This document shows, in pieces, positions 1 through 8,233 of a DNA stretch of 64,000 nucleotides (its first letter is position 1; each line of letters starts with the position of its first letter). The DNA lies in IMG/VR virus record IMGVR_UViG_3300046167_000873, positions 32,001-96,000 of that record; one strand, 5' to 3'. The position numbers were made by a program, and so were the translations under genes. This DNA is from a virus. Below the pieces are notes generated by a model. The model had not been told where the DNA came from and ran no database searches. It saw nothing but the letters and a program-made list of their open reading frames with translations.

Positions 1-617
1 ACTTCGACATGATCCAATTCGGAATATGAGTTGTAATCATCGGTCAGTCGAATCAGTACTTCTTCTTGCCAAGCATAATCATTTTTATAGCCGAAGACTA
101 CGTCGTTAGAACGCATTTGCACGACACAGTGTAATTTATTGTCTCTGACGTAATAGGTGACTGCGTTTGTACAGATGAAATCGTTCTTTCCATTTTCGAC
201 AGCTTCCACCCAGATAGATGGTCGAGTATATATGGCCGTTGCTCGTCTTGTGTTACTATCTCCCAACAGACAGTCGAGTACGTTATTGTATTGATCATAG
301 TATTGCTCTCCATGTAGAAGTAATCCATAATTCGAGTTGATTTCACCGTACTTGTTTGCTGAGAGCTCCCATGCTTTAGGCGCTGGACGATCCCCACCAT
401 ATATATCATTAATATTAGTACTATGAGAATCGTACCACCGTAGCTCTCTAAAGATATATTCATCGTTTACTTCTCCAAAGATTGTTGGGCGGTCAGCTAA
501 AAATGAAGCGCCTAACATTTCAATTGTTTTGCAACCAGTACGATCGGTGACAAAATCCTTTCGTAACAGTGCTGTTTTAAAAAACTCTCGTATATCATTA
601 GTGCGAATATGCATCAT
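1..617 (-). CDS. gp42: dCMP hydroxymethylase (T4 gp42-like, thymidylate synthase fold); runs off the left end of the window
   Basis: Not in the ORF track; translated by hand from the ATG at 617 (TAATG overlap with the upstream stop): MMHIRTNDIREFFKTALLRKDFVTDRTGCKTIEMLGASFLAD...GEINSNYG...RRATAIYTRPS...DFICTNAV...MRSNDVVFGYKNDYAWQ. Co-linear with T4 gp42, including the catalytic Cys and the cytosine-specifying Asp (KND). Confidence 0.93.
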   Translation of the reverse strand, partial: MMHIRTNDIREFFKTALLRKDFVTDRTGCKTIEMLGASFLADRPTIFGEVNDEYIFRELRWYDSHSTNINDIYGGDRPAPKAWELSANKYGEINSNYGLLLHGEQYYDQYNNVLDCLLGDSNTRRATAIYTRPSIWVEAVENGKNDFICTNAVTYYVRDNKLHCVVQMRSNDVVFGYKNDYAWQEEVLIRLTDDYNSYSELDHVE

Positions 618-928
618 TAATCTTTCCACCTATCATCTATTTTAGAAGTATCTTGTTGATCCATTGCTATCATCATGATCATAATCTGAGTAGCAGCATG
701 GGCTAAATGGCTTAATCCTGATTCAGGGTCGATGTCTTCACCTGACCAAAATGAATTAAGATGACGTTGAATCGATGAATAGCTACGAGACAATTCTGTG
801 CAGTCTATATCTTCACGCCAATTATTCGCGCCATACTTGTCAGCACCGAAACCGAACACCTTAGAAATTTCTATTAGTGTTTCAGGTGGTATAAGAGCGA
901 GGGGCGGTTTGCCCCTATCATATTTCAT
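617..928 (-). CDS. DUF5664-family dNTP diphosphohydrolase-like protein
   Basis: Family pattern KYD.GK..L.LIP...V..FGA.KYG.NNW...RHL..FW.GED.DPESGL.HLAHA. Confidence 0.85.
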   Translation of the reverse strand: MKYDRGKPPLALIPPETLIEISKVFGFGADKYGANNWREDIDCTELSRSYSSIQRHLNSFWSGEDIDPESGLSHLAHAATQIMIMMIAMDQQDTSKIDDRWKD

Positions 929-931
929 TAT

Positions 932-994
932 TCATACTCCTACGATAGATAGAGCAATGAACATTAGTGTACCTGCAACAAAGATGGTTTTCAT
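932..994 (-). CDS. 20-aa hydrophobic micropeptide MKTIFVAGTLMFIALSIVGV
   Basis: Hand-translated; GGAG RBS upstream and TAATG overlap with the preceding ORF. Confidence 0.5.
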   Translation of the reverse strand: MKTIFVAGTLMFIALSIVGV

Positions 995-1164
995 TATTCA
1001 TACTCCCGTATTTCTTGCTCAAGATCATTTTGAAGACGGTGTAAGTAATCGTATGCATTCTGCATATCAAACCTTGCGGCCTTTGCCTTTTCATCAAGAA
1101 CTTTATTGAGGCGGCGTTGTAGTCTAGCAACTAATTGATCACGCATTTCTAAATCATAATTCAT
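994..1164 (-). CDS. 56-aa hypothetical helical protein (MNYDLEMRDQLVARLQRRL...EQEIREYE)
   Basis: Hand-translated; directly downstream of the promoter at 1199-1228 and fills the gap. Confidence 0.65.
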   Translation of the reverse strand: MNYDLEMRDQLVARLQRRLNKVLDEKAKAARFDMQNAYDYLHRLQNDLEQEIREYE

Positions 1165-1198
1165 AACTTTTTCTCACTTGTCATTAGATAACACAGGC

Positions 1199-1228
1199 AT
1201 TGTACTATAGCTTTTATCAGAAGTAAAC
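1199..1228 (-). promoter_or_regulatory. T4-early-type sigma70 promoter
   Basis: gTTTACT-N17-TACAAT on the minus strand. Confidence 0.7.
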
Positions 1229-1876
1229 TTATATTACTTGTTTTTGTTTACGTCGTTCACGTAACATCGCAACACGTTCTACACCTTTGATCCATGTTTC
1301 TGGAGACTGTGGCTTTGAGTGTGACAACTTCAACTTGTTTTCTTTAAACTCTGTCTTAAGGATGTTTGCAGCATCTCGACCCATAAAAGATGATACCAAC
1401 TTAATAAGGTTTGAGCGAAACTCAATTGAATGGTTAAAACAGTTTGGAAGTTGGTGGCAAAGCTCGTGCAATAATGTGTACTCATTCATACCCGTGGATT
1501 CTGCCAGCTCTATCTTGTTGTTAGAGAATGCTCGACCAGCAGTCCGCCTTCCCATCCTTGTATTAATTTCAAGAGTAACAAAAGGGCCGCAGAGATTATA
1601 CCACCTTGATGAATCTAAGATTTGATCCATGCGCCGTTGAACTTGTTTAATGTTATCGAACTTACGAATTTTCACTTGTTTCTGAAAAGCCCATTCTGAT
1701 CGATAAACCCTATGGGTATCTGAATCTCTATTTGTAAGACCCTTTATGCCACCATTCTGGATGGCTTGCTCTTTGCGCTGGACATAACTTAAGTATGCTT
1801 GTGTTTCAGAGTTGGTAAACCCAAGAGATTTGCAATGATCTACTACGTCTTTTTTACATGATTGATATATAAGCAT
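1229..1876 (-). CDS. HExxH zinc metalloprotease-like protein (SprT-like)
   Basis: YTLLHELCH...H motif preceded by RTAGRA. Confidence 0.65.
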   Translation of the reverse strand: MLIYQSCKKDVVDHCKSLGFTNSETQAYLSYVQRKEQAIQNGGIKGLTNRDSDTHRVYRSEWAFQKQVKIRKFDNIKQVQRRMDQILDSSRWYNLCGPFVTLEINTRMGRRTAGRAFSNNKIELAESTGMNEYTLLHELCHQLPNCFNHSIEFRSNLIKLVSSFMGRDAANILKTEFKENKLKLSHSKPQSPETWIKGVERVAMLRERRKQKQVI

Positions 1877-1909
1877 AATATAAAAACCTATTCAATGATC
1901 TACATAAAG

Positions 1910-1940
1910 ATTATACAACAGAAAGTGGGGCGTTGTACAC
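1910..1940 (-). promoter_or_regulatory. sigma70-type promoter
   Basis: gTGTACA-N18-TATAAT, intergenic. Confidence 0.6.
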
Positions 1941-1943
1941 CCC

Positions 1944-2291
1944 TTATAGTTTTACAACTTTAAGACAATCCATCATGTTGCTGTTTAAGTAGTGGCCTTT
2001 GCCGTATCCGTCAACTACATAATAGTAGTCAGCGGTTTTGATTGGATCAGCCGTAGGTATGTCGCGATCGATATGCGTAACCCGTCCAGCGTGACTGCCA
2101 CCAGCCGAGGTCCACTGAATAAGTTCACCTACTTCAGCGTGATTAGAACAATGAGTATATTCTTCTTCGGTGATATGTAGGGCTTTAGGGTTTGGGTAGC
2201 TCATCATTTTATCATGGGCTTCAGCAAAGCTGTTGAAAGGACCAGATCGACGGCCGAGTTTGTTTAGCTTTAAAAAGTAACCAGTTTCCAT
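1944..2291 (-). CDS. hypothetical early protein
   Basis: ORF with a GAGG RBS downstream of an early promoter. Confidence 0.7.
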   Translation of the reverse strand: METGYFLKLNKLGRRSGPFNSFAEAHDKMMSYPNPKALHITEEEYTHCSNHAEVGELIQWTSAGGSHAGRVTHIDRDIPTADPIKTADYYYVVDGYGKGHYLNSNMMDCLKVVKL

Positions 2292-2333
2292 AATGTTTCC
2301 CTCAAGTTCAGAATAACTTCATTTGATGGAACC

Positions 2334-2363
2334 ATTATAGAATAGTTTTTTTGAAAAGTAAAC
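2334..2363 (-). promoter_or_regulatory. T4-early-type promoter with A-tract UP element
   Basis: AAAAAAAgtgTTTACT-N17-TATAAT on the minus strand. Confidence 0.8.
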
Positions 2364-2387
2364 ACTTTTTTTGAAAAGAATTATTCT

Positions 2388-2789
2388 CTAGACATTTTCA
2401 AAAAGACCGTGGTTGCCTGAATGATCAGGCGCCTTCCATCCACTTGGCTTTACAAGATCAGGCAGACCAAGTGGGTTTGGACGGCTTTCTTTTTGTCCTA
2501 CTTGTTTTGCCATATTAGCTTCTGCTACACGATCCCAAGCTTCATATGCATCTACATTAAAAGCATCTAATGTACCAATAGCAACAACACACAGATCAAT
2601 AAGACCATCAACGATTTCTTCAGGATCACGTGCATCAACTGCAAGAGCAGTTTCATTGAGTTCTTCATAAAGAAACTTAAGACGAAAGTCCAAATACTCC
2701 TTTAACTTGTCTGGGTTATTCTTTACCCATTCACCAACACCGTATTGCTTGTGCATACGTTCAATATCATAAACCCAGTCATTCGACAT
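2388..2789 (-). CDS. MazG-like/PRA-PH all-alpha NTP pyrophosphohydrolase
   Basis: R.KFL.EELNE...EEIVDGLIDL...AW..V..ANMAK...KP.GW..PD pattern. Confidence 0.8.
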   Translation of the reverse strand: MSNDWVYDIERMHKQYGVGEWVKNNPDKLKEYLDFRLKFLYEELNETALAVDARDPEEIVDGLIDLCVVAIGTLDAFNVDAYEAWDRVAEANMAKQVGQKESRPNPLGLPDLVKPSGWKAPDHSGNHGLFENV

Positions 2790-3298
2790 TATACTGCTCC
2801 TTTAAAAGCTCTTAAAAATTTCTTCTTTAAATTATCTCTACGCTTCCGTGCTTTTTTGAGGTTAATCTCAGAAACACGTTGCGTAAAATAGATACCATCT
2901 AGATGATCAATCTCGTGTTGTATTACTCGTGATACCATACCGGTAAATGTATGTGCCTTTTGTTCACCTTGTGGCGTATGCCACCGTACTCGGCAAGATT
3001 TTGGTCTTCGTACCTTGGCTAGCATAAACTCATCACTCAAGCAACCTTCAGTTTTTACACTATAATCATCACTATAAAATACTATGCGAGGATTGTACAT
3101 AGCTAGCTTGCCTTCATCTTGAGTATTGATGATGCACAACCTATGGTTAAGTCCAACTTGATTGGCTGCTATACCTAGTCCGCCCTTTTCTACCATAAAG
3201 TTAGATAGTTCATTTACTAGCTCTATAGCATCACATGGAGGATTCTCAAAATCAAATGGTTCGATTTTATCATGCAGATATGTAGGATCTATTTTCAT
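2789..3298 (-). CDS. def: peptide deformylase
   Basis: All three PDF motifs: GLGIAANQVG, EGCLS, QHEIDHLDG. Start taken at ATG 3298 (track uses 3319). Confidence 0.95.
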   Translation of the reverse strand: MKIDPTYLHDKIEPFDFENPPCDAIELVNELSNFMVEKGGLGIAANQVGLNHRLCIINTQDEGKLAMYNPRIVFYSDDYSVKTEGCLSDEFMLAKVRRPKSCRVRWHTPQGEQKAHTFTGMVSRVIQHEIDHLDGIYFTQRVSEINLKKARKRRDNLKKKFLRAFKGAV

Positions 3299-3299
3299 T

Positions 3300-3491
3300 T
3301 TATTCACTGTCAAAATCAACTATTCTTACAAGGTTTTCATTTGTAATTTTAAGTTTGTTGTCAATGTAATGTTGTGCCTCAGCCTCATTCATAAAAACCA
3401 TATCGACTTTCGTAATCCGGCTTTTGGCTGTATCAATAACATTATACCACTTACCATCTTCTTTTATTTTAGCTTGAATTTTATATGCCAT
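3300..3491 (-). CDS. hypothetical protein
   Basis: AGGAG RBS; fills the gap between gp46 and def. Confidence 0.65.
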   Translation of the reverse strand: MAYKIQAKIKEDGKWYNVIDTAKSRITKVDMVFMNEAEAQHYIDNKLKITNENLVRIVDFDSE

Positions 3492-3502
3492 TATATTTCT
3501 CC

Positions 3503-5203
3503 TTAAGATGCAATATGTGAAAAGTTCTTAATCTTCTCAAACTTTATATTGCTATGAAATTTATCGTAAAGCTGATCACCTTTATGGCTAATCACAAAGA
3601 CATTACTATCAGATGTAAGCGATGTAATAAGCTTGAGGAATTCATCTGTTCCTGTATTATCAAGTGAGCTGTCAAATACTTCATCCATGATCAATAGGTT
3701 TGTTGTAATTGAATTGCGTAGCTTAGCAACTGCTCTCCACGTAAATAGTAGTGATAAATCAATTCTCATTTTCTCACCTTCAGAAAACGAATCGTATGTA
3801 AATTCATCACGGTGTCTTGATTTAATAACTTCATTGAAGTTTTCATCAAGTTCGAACTGCACAAAAAACTCCATGGCAGCGAGGTACTTATTCATGAGCT
3901 TATTGATCACTGGTATGTATTGCTTTACAATCTTTGCTTTAATTCCAGTGTCCTTGAGTAGACTCAGTCCAATATCATTGATCTCTTTCTGTTCTAAAAG
4001 TACTTTATAGTTGGCTTGCTTATCTTTAACAAAAGCTTCAAGCTCAACAATATCGTCATCAATCGAATCAGGAACAATCTCTTTCTGCTCTTTCATCAGC
4101 TTAGTTACGTCTTGCTTAATAGATGAAAGCAAAGCAGTTGATACTGATTGTTGATTGGTTACTTTTGCTATCTTACCTTTAACTTCGTTCCATTCATCAC
4201 GTACTTTGTCAATCTTGTCAAATTGTGCTGTAAGTTTTTCATAAGCATCATTGAGTTCTGTTTGCTTACTTACAGATTCCGCTATCTTTTTCTTCTTCAT
4301 AGCTTCGTTAATGGTTTGCTTACAGGTAGGACAGTCATCGTGTTTCTCATAGAACTTATTGTCTTCGACTGCCTGTTTAAGTTCGAACTCCATATTGGCT
4401 TTAATCTTGTTTAGCTTTGTTTCTTTATTCTTGGCAGTCTCAATATCAGGTAGTTTGCTTTCTAGTTTCTCGATATCTTTATCGTATGCTCGAATAGTTT
4501 TAACCGTATCCTCATATTTTTTCTTATGGATCTGTATCTCTTTTTCTTTATCTTCTTTGTTCTTCAAAACCATCGAAGTAATCTTTGCTGCATGTTGGCG
4601 TGTGAGTTCAATCTTCTGTTCACACTTTTCAATCTCGTGCTTGTGTTCAGTCAATTGTGCCTTAACATCGTTTGCTCTTTCTTTTAGGATTGTATTCATC
4701 TTAGTAAAGATTTCTATATCAAGAAGATCTTCTATGACACTCCTGCGATCACCTGGCTTCATTTGCATGAATGGCATATAGTTTGCAGAGCCAATCACAA
4801 CAATTTGCGTGAAGGACTTGTGGTTGAGCTTGAGGATAGTCTTCTCAAGCATTTCTTGGTATTCCTTTATGCTGGCATTTTGATCTATCAAAGTATCATC
4901 CGCATATATTTCAAACACGGCTGGCTTGATGCCTCTACGAACTTTATAGTGTTTGCCTTTGGTCGTAAATTCTATTTCGACAGCACAATCTTTATTTGTA
5001 ATTGAATTAACGAGTTGCGGCTTATTAATATTGCGATAAGGCTTACCATACAATGCAAACATGATTGCATCAAGTATTGTAGATTTACCCGCACCGTTTT
5101 CACCTACAATAAGAGTAGATGCTGAACGATTTAATTGGAGTTCAGTCCATTGATTACCGGTCGATAAGAAATTTTGCCAACGCACTTTCTGAAAGTTTAT
5201 GAT
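3503..5203 (-). CDS. gp46: recombination endonuclease ATPase subunit (SbcC/Rad50-like)
   Basis: Walker A GENGAGKST, zinc hook CPTC, signature FSEGEKMRIDL, Walker B LLIMDE. Start is GTG 5185 or possibly ATC 5203. Confidence 0.96.
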   Translation of the reverse strand: MINFQKVRWQNFLSTGNQWTELQLNRSASTLIVGENGAGKSTILDAIMFALYGKPYRNINKPQLVNSITNKDCAVEIEFTTKGKHYKVRRGIKPAVFEIYADDTLIDQNASIKEYQEMLEKTILKLNHKSFTQIVVIGSANYMPFMQMKPGDRRSVIEDLLDIEIFTKMNTILKERANDVKAQLTEHKHEIEKCEQKIELTRQHAAKITSMVLKNKEDKEKEIQIHKKKYEDTVKTIRAYDKDIEKLESKLPDIETAKNKETKLNKIKANMEFELKQAVEDNKFYEKHDDCPTCKQTINEAMKKKKIAESVSKQTELNDAYEKLTAQFDKIDKVRDEWNEVKGKIAKVTNQQSVSTALLSSIKQDVTKLMKEQKEIVPDSIDDDIVELEAFVKDKQANYKVLLEQKEINDIGLSLLKDTGIKAKIVKQYIPVINKLMNKYLAAMEFFVQFELDENFNEVIKSRHRDEFTYDSFSEGEKMRIDLSLLFTWRAVAKLRNSITTNLLIMDEVFDSSLDNTGTDEFLKLITSLTSDSNVFVISHKGDQLYDKFHSNIKFEKIKNFSHIAS

Positions 5204-5616
5204 AACGTATTTCCTCTAAGTAAAAGCTCACCATTATACTGTGTATTCACTTGAACAGAACCCTCATTCTGTGATACTGCCCACCAAATAGCCCAAACAA
5301 GTTGTACCTGATCAACCTCTTCATATTTAGTCTGTCTAATAAAAAGGTGCTTACCTTCTTCGTCTTCGTTTTGGTATGTTATGAATCCACATTTATTTGG
5401 CTTTAAAGATTCAGGAAGTCCTTCATCTTCTAACCAAGAACATCTAAATGATCTGCACGTAATTGGTCTATCTGGATAAATTGTACAACCTGATTCATAT
5501 TTTGAACACACAGGCATATTAGATGATGCTATAACATCTTCACCAGTCATTGACTTATCATTAAACCATAAAATACCGGTGCAGCATGCATAGCAATCAC
5601 CGCATTCCCTACTCAT
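5197..5616 (-). CDS. YkgJ/FliB-like CxxCxxCC cysteine-cluster protein
   Basis: CGDCYACC...C...GCTIYPDRPITCRSFRC. Confidence 0.8.
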   Translation of the reverse strand: MSRECGDCYACCTGILWFNDKSMTGEDVIASSNMPVCSKYESGCTIYPDRPITCRSFRCSWLEDEGLPESLKPNKCGFITYQNEDEEGKHLFIRQTKYEEVDQVQLVWAIWWAVSQNEGSVQVNTQYNGELLLRGNTLS

Positions 5617-6718
5617 TAGATATTGCCTCAGAATATAAGTCGTAAAATAAATCGTGCACTGGCTTCGGTGCTGGAAGATTCAAACTATCAATGTACTTGT
5701 TCACGATTGTAGCTGTGTCTTCTGCTTCATTAATAATGTCGTCTGCGTTTTCCATATCAAGACGTAGATTATCTTCTACGATTTGAACGTGACATGGATT
5801 AGCTTGATTGATGCTATCGACAAATAAATCGAAGAGGTATGGATTGTCTTTATTCTTTACGACAATCTTTATGAAGGTATCTTTGAGGTGGCCATGATCT
5901 TCTTTTATAGATGCATGGATATTATCTTCGTTGCTATCATCATAAAATACTTTGTGGAACATAGAGTAAGGATTCTTAATGTATTCTAACTCTCTTGTTT
6001 TAGTATCAAAAATATGAAACCCACGATCATCATCATAATCAGACCATGTCATTTCATATGGTGCGCCTAGATAATGTATATTGTCTTTCGAGGACTTATG
6101 GTGGAAGTGACCAGACATCACCATATCAAACTTGCCAAACGTCGCGTGGCTCATTCCTGAGTCTATCTTTGTACCTTTATACATTTCAAAACCACTGAGC
6201 TCAAGGTGACCCATACATACGTCAGCATTGCTGTTTTTGATTGTATGCATTGCATAATCATAATTCGAACTATTGATCCAAGGCATAAACATTATTTTAC
6301 AGCCATCAAAATCAAAGTCATTAGATGGGTGTGCGTGTACCCACATCTCTGATGTATTGAGTATGTAATCGTTTTTTGGACAGGGCCATTTATCCTTCAT
6401 CCATCCAAGGAGTAGATACGGTGCGTTTACGGCGTTAGTGTTCTTAAAGTATGTATCATGATTACCAACGATACAATGGAGATTGATACCCTTACCATAA
6501 ATTGGACCAAAAAAATAATCATTACAACGCTTAAGACTATCGAAATTGATGTACTTACGTCGATCAAAAATGTCTCCCAATTCAATGATATCTTTGATAC
6601 CACGCTCTTCCAAGGTTGGGAAAAATACTTCGCTATAAAACTTTTCATAATAATTATGAAACTGTGTACTGTCATTTCGAACCCCGAAATGCTGGTCTGT
6701 AATTAAAGCGATCTTCAT
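5609..6718 (-). CDS. gp47: recombination endonuclease nuclease subunit (SbcD/Mre11-like)
   Basis: Metallophosphoesterase motifs TDQHFG, LGDIFD, GNHD, GHFH. Confidence 0.96.
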   Translation of the reverse strand: MKIALITDQHFGVRNDSTQFHNYYEKFYSEVFFPTLEERGIKDIIELGDIFDRRKYINFDSLKRCNDYFFGPIYGKGINLHCIVGNHDTYFKNTNAVNAPYLLLGWMKDKWPCPKNDYILNTSEMWVHAHPSNDFDFDGCKIMFMPWINSSNYDYAMHTIKNSNADVCMGHLELSGFEMYKGTKIDSGMSHATFGKFDMVMSGHFHHKSSKDNIHYLGAPYEMTWSDYDDDRGFHIFDTKTRELEYIKNPYSMFHKVFYDDSNEDNIHASIKEDHGHLKDTFIKIVVKNKDNPYLFDLFVDSINQANPCHVQIVEDNLRLDMENADDIINEAEDTATIVNKYIDSLNLPAPKPVHDLFYDLYSEAISNE

Positions 6719-7845
6719 TTACTTATCCTTTCGATCTCTTGACGTATTTCCATAGCGCCTGATTTCGTACCAAATTTATGACCATGTACTGCACCACCAG
6801 CATTAGCAAGATAATCATTACCAATTCTATTCGTAATCGGTTCGATGAGTCCTGCATGCATACCACAACTAAGTATTGGTATTGTATTACATTCTCGTAG
6901 CGCGTGTACACAGTTCATTGTTTCAGAATCGTCGTGGTTACTATAACCACCAAGCATTCCTACTTGAATAGAATCAACACCGCAGAGTGTTGCGAGACGA
7001 CACATGACTGGCCATGATATACTATATCGGTGTGATTTATCGCACATGACTTTTGAGCCACTGCTTTGATAATGCATAAACAGGGGTAAATCCATACGAC
7101 GGATACTATGGTATGCACCTAATCCGCTAAAGACATTAACATGCACACCACGACCACCTAATTCGCTCACCATCAAAGCTCTCTCACTAATCACATGAGG
7201 ATCACCATTTATGGTATGGCAAAACATTATATTAGAATTAATTCGTTCTAAATAATTTGCGACTGCATCGACACGTTCATATAAAGGAGCTATTGCTGGG
7301 TTAGACATGATTTCATCTTCTTTGATAAAATCAACACCACCATCAACCAGCATTGATACCATGTCGATCAACGTCTTTGTAGTAATCCCAATCTTTGGTT
7401 TGATAATACTACCAAATAACGGTTTATCATATTGCCCAGTTTTTTCTCTTAGACCAGATAACCCAATCTTTGGCTTATAAAAAAGCTTTTCAATTCTATC
7501 AGGGAAGGATATATCAATGAGTCGGCATTTTTCAACAATTTCAATGTCAGTATGACCGCCCATCAATTGACAAAGCAAATGGCTAATGCCGTCGTTTTTC
7601 CAATCTGTATTACAAACAGGATATGCAATACAAATAACGTCGTCACGATTCAAGTCCACAATTTTACATGCGAACTTCTCTATCATTTCCTGCGTTTCCC
7701 AGTCATTACGAATATCAGGATTACCGATACTCTGACCAATTGCTATTGCGTAAGCTGCTTCTTCAATTGTTGTCTTAGATTCGATTTCATAGCAAGCAAG
7801 GACATAGTCATTCCTTAACTCTTCCATCTTCCGATATAAGTTCAT
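6715..7845 (-). CDS. RuBisCO-like protein (form IV RLP)
   Basis: GSIIKPKIG (K175/K177), GGVDFIKEDE (K201/D203/E204), LSCG, AGGAVHGH; lacks H294, R295, H327 and K334 equivalents. Confidence 0.9.
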   Translation of the reverse strand: MNLYRKMEELRNDYVLACYEIESKTTIEEAAYAIAIGQSIGNPDIRNDWETQEMIEKFACKIVDLNRDDVICIAYPVCNTDWKNDGISHLLCQLMGGHTDIEIVEKCRLIDISFPDRIEKLFYKPKIGLSGLREKTGQYDKPLFGSIIKPKIGITTKTLIDMVSMLVDGGVDFIKEDEIMSNPAIAPLYERVDAVANYLERINSNIMFCHTINGDPHVISERALMVSELGGRGVHVNVFSGLGAYHSIRRMDLPLFMHYQSSGSKVMCDKSHRYSISWPVMCRLATLCGVDSIQVGMLGGYSNHDDSETMNCVHALRECNTIPILSCGMHAGLIEPITNRIGNDYLANAGGAVHGHKFGTKSGAMEIRQEIERISK

Positions 7846-8233
7846 CTAATTGTTCTCCACGGTATTCTGTTATCTTATCTCCTGGGATACTAGGAGCTTT
7901 CACGCATACTATCACACAATCTTCTAAAAATACAGGTTTAACGATAGATTTTTTAGGAACAACAAATACAGATTCAGGTTCAATAATCGTACCATAAATT
8001 GACATCTTGCCTGTCACGAGTACATTGTATTCATCATGAGATCGATGGTAGTGTGCTGGCCAATCTTCCCCCTTGCTGTGTTTAAAAACACCAACTTCAA
8101 ATTTAGAAGTCTTTAAAACGGATGGTTCGAAATTACCGATAAACCAACCTCTTGTAAATTCAGAAAGTGGTATTACCCTCATTTGTCGGTTACCAAATTT
8201 TAAACCGAAAATTCTTTTAATCAACTTAATCAT
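7808..8233 (-). CDS. cupin-fold protein
   Basis: GWFIGNFEPS...AHYH....EYNVLVTGKM cupin metal motif; start at 8233 or 8182. Confidence 0.8.
   Translation of the reverse strand: MIKLIKRIFGLKFGNRQMRVIPLSEFTRGWFIGNFEPSVLKTSKFEVGVFKHSKGEDWPAHYHRSHDEYNVLVTGKMSIYGTIIEPESVFVVPKKSIVKPVFLEDCVIVCVKAPSIPGDKITEYRGEQLDELISEDGRVKE

Noticed and set aside
98-463. 121-aa track ORF
   Set aside because: Out-of-frame shadow of the gp42-like gene at 1..617.
617-928. 2-aminoadenine (Z) or 7-deazaguanine genome suggested by DUF5664
   Set aside because: No purZ or que/dpd genes in the window, and the coupled gene is a cytosine-modifying enzyme.
918-1130. 70-aa track ORF
   Set aside because: Better explained by two coupled ORFs (994..1164 and 932..994) with proper starts.
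6715-7845. Carbon-fixing RuBisCO
   Set aside because: Lacks H294, R295, H327 and K334 equivalents; no small subunit or phosphoribulokinase nearby.
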